Shown here in pieces: positions 63,001 through 64,000 of a stretch of DNA of 64,000 nucleotides. The translations under genes were made by a program, and so were the position numbers. Where the stretch lies: assembly GCF_035594765.1 (NCBI RefSeq), contig NC_085846.1, positions 11,023,190-11,087,189 on the forward strand, written 5' to 3'. Every line of letters starts with the position of its first letter. The first letter of the stretch is position 1. The notes below the pieces were generated by a model, which saw only the letters and a list, made by a program, of their open reading frames with translations, searched no databases and was not told the origin of the DNA. Source of the stretch: Anolis carolinensis (taxonomy: Eukaryota).

Positions 63001-63766
63001 AGAGGCAACATAGTGAGCTCAGAACCCTCACTGCTGGCTGAAGCCAAGAGAAATATGTCCTGAGATGTTACTTTTCTGCTATATGCAACAGTCACGCACC
63101 ATCTTGAGCAATGCAGGCCGGTCCATGGAGCCCCAGACATGAAGAATGCCATCCTCTGAGGAAGCAGAGATGTCAAAGCTCAAGTGAACCTCCTCATCGT
63201 CTGCTCCATGCTTGCTCCTAGGAAGAGAGGCAAAGATGACATAAAGCAGAATGGGTAAAGTGAAGTGGCACAGCTAGATGTAGCTCCAATTTGTTTTTCG
63301 CGGCTCTCAATCTCTGCAGGATCGAGGGTTTGTCCAACCAGATAAAATGAAATCCTGCAAGCCTCCGTCATCATTTAAATCTCTAAAAAACTTTTACAAC
63401 TTTTAGAAATACTAGAAAACTTTTACAAAGCAATAAATTGACTTTTGTCCACTTATAGATTTCCTCCCCCTTTACTTCTGAAGCGTTTTTGGCACTCTCT
63501 ATGCCCTTTGGATGTTTCCGATGCAAAAAATAAGCCTTCTGAACTTGCAAAGCCTTGAGGCACAGCTCAATCGTCCCCTCCCTGGCACAGCTCACAATTG
63601 CCCTTTTCTCCCTTTTACTCACAGAGTTTCCTGGAAATCCTCAGCTCCTGGCTGCAGCACCAGGTGGCCACCATGAGCCAGTCCAAAGACCAAAGGTCCA
63701 TGAGGTCTTGGCATTCCCATGCAGAGCACCTCCCCAGCTTGGCGCAGGACTTTCCGGAGTGTCAGG
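60067..63766 (-). CDS. TEP1: Telomerase-associated protein 1, last six coding exons (WD40 C-terminus); gene continues beyond the window
   Basis: Exons 63766-63623, 63217-63100, 61630-61525, 61142-61036, 60885-60781 and 60195-60067 are phase-compatible. IHSDKITAL...VTASHDRDVKIWE and LGQFRC...AGDTLGNVYFLEW match the TEP1 C-terminus, and the gene is syntenic with PARP2. The two most upstream exons are less certain. Confidence 0.85.
61794..62665. mobile_element. Rearranged Poseidon-type PLE remnant in a TEP1 intron
   Basis: Minus-strand GIY-YIG C-terminus plus pLTR (61794-62315); plus-strand N-terminal peptide (FLLRCR..IPQFL, 62369-62520) and pLTR with a minimal hammerhead at 62538-62578. Confidence 0.75.
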
Positions 63767-64000
63767 CTAAGCAACAAGGAGAAGGGCAAGAGAGAGGCTC
63801 AATGTCAGAAATTTGCTGTTAGGAATTGTGGGAGTTGAAGTCCAAAACACCTGGAGGGCTGACGTTTGCCCATACCTGCTCTATACATTTCTTAAACCCT
63901 TTTTTAGGCAACCTTACTAGTAGCCACAACCATATTCTATAAAACCGAACATTGCTCCCACACTCACTTTATGCTGTATTTGGAGGAAACATTTCATTTT

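Overview
Vertebrate genomic DNA from a squamate reptile, most likely an Anolis lizard (inferred from Sauria SINEs, CR1/RTE/L2 LINE remnants, DIRS, Penelope-like elements and Helitrons). Gene order: intact 9-exon CYP2-family P450 (-); decayed DIRS1 retrotransposon; CCNB1IP1/HEI10 (-), hosting SNORA79 and SNORD126 in 5'UTR introns; a perforin-1-like gene (+); RPPH1/RNase P RNA (-), head-to-head with PARP2 (+); and the 3' end of TEP1 (-). CCNB1IP1-RPPH1-PARP2-TEP1 matches the human 14q11.2 order. The most striking element is a very young Neptune-type Penelope-like retroelement in CYP2 intron 1 (9888-15368). It has a target-site duplication, a tandem plus inverted pLTR layout, an 83-nt intron-like segment and full hammerhead ribozyme motifs. 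It also has two ORFs (ORF1 and RT/GIY-YIG) overlapping at a U_UUU_UUU -1 slippery heptamer, which suggests programmed ribosomal frameshifting. Also notable: tandem WWE-like domains at the PARP2 N-terminus, an extended U6-like RPPH1 promoter, a perforin with a duplicated TMH1 segment, and a TOP/uORF leader on CCNB1IP1. All calls come from reading the sequence; no database searches were run.
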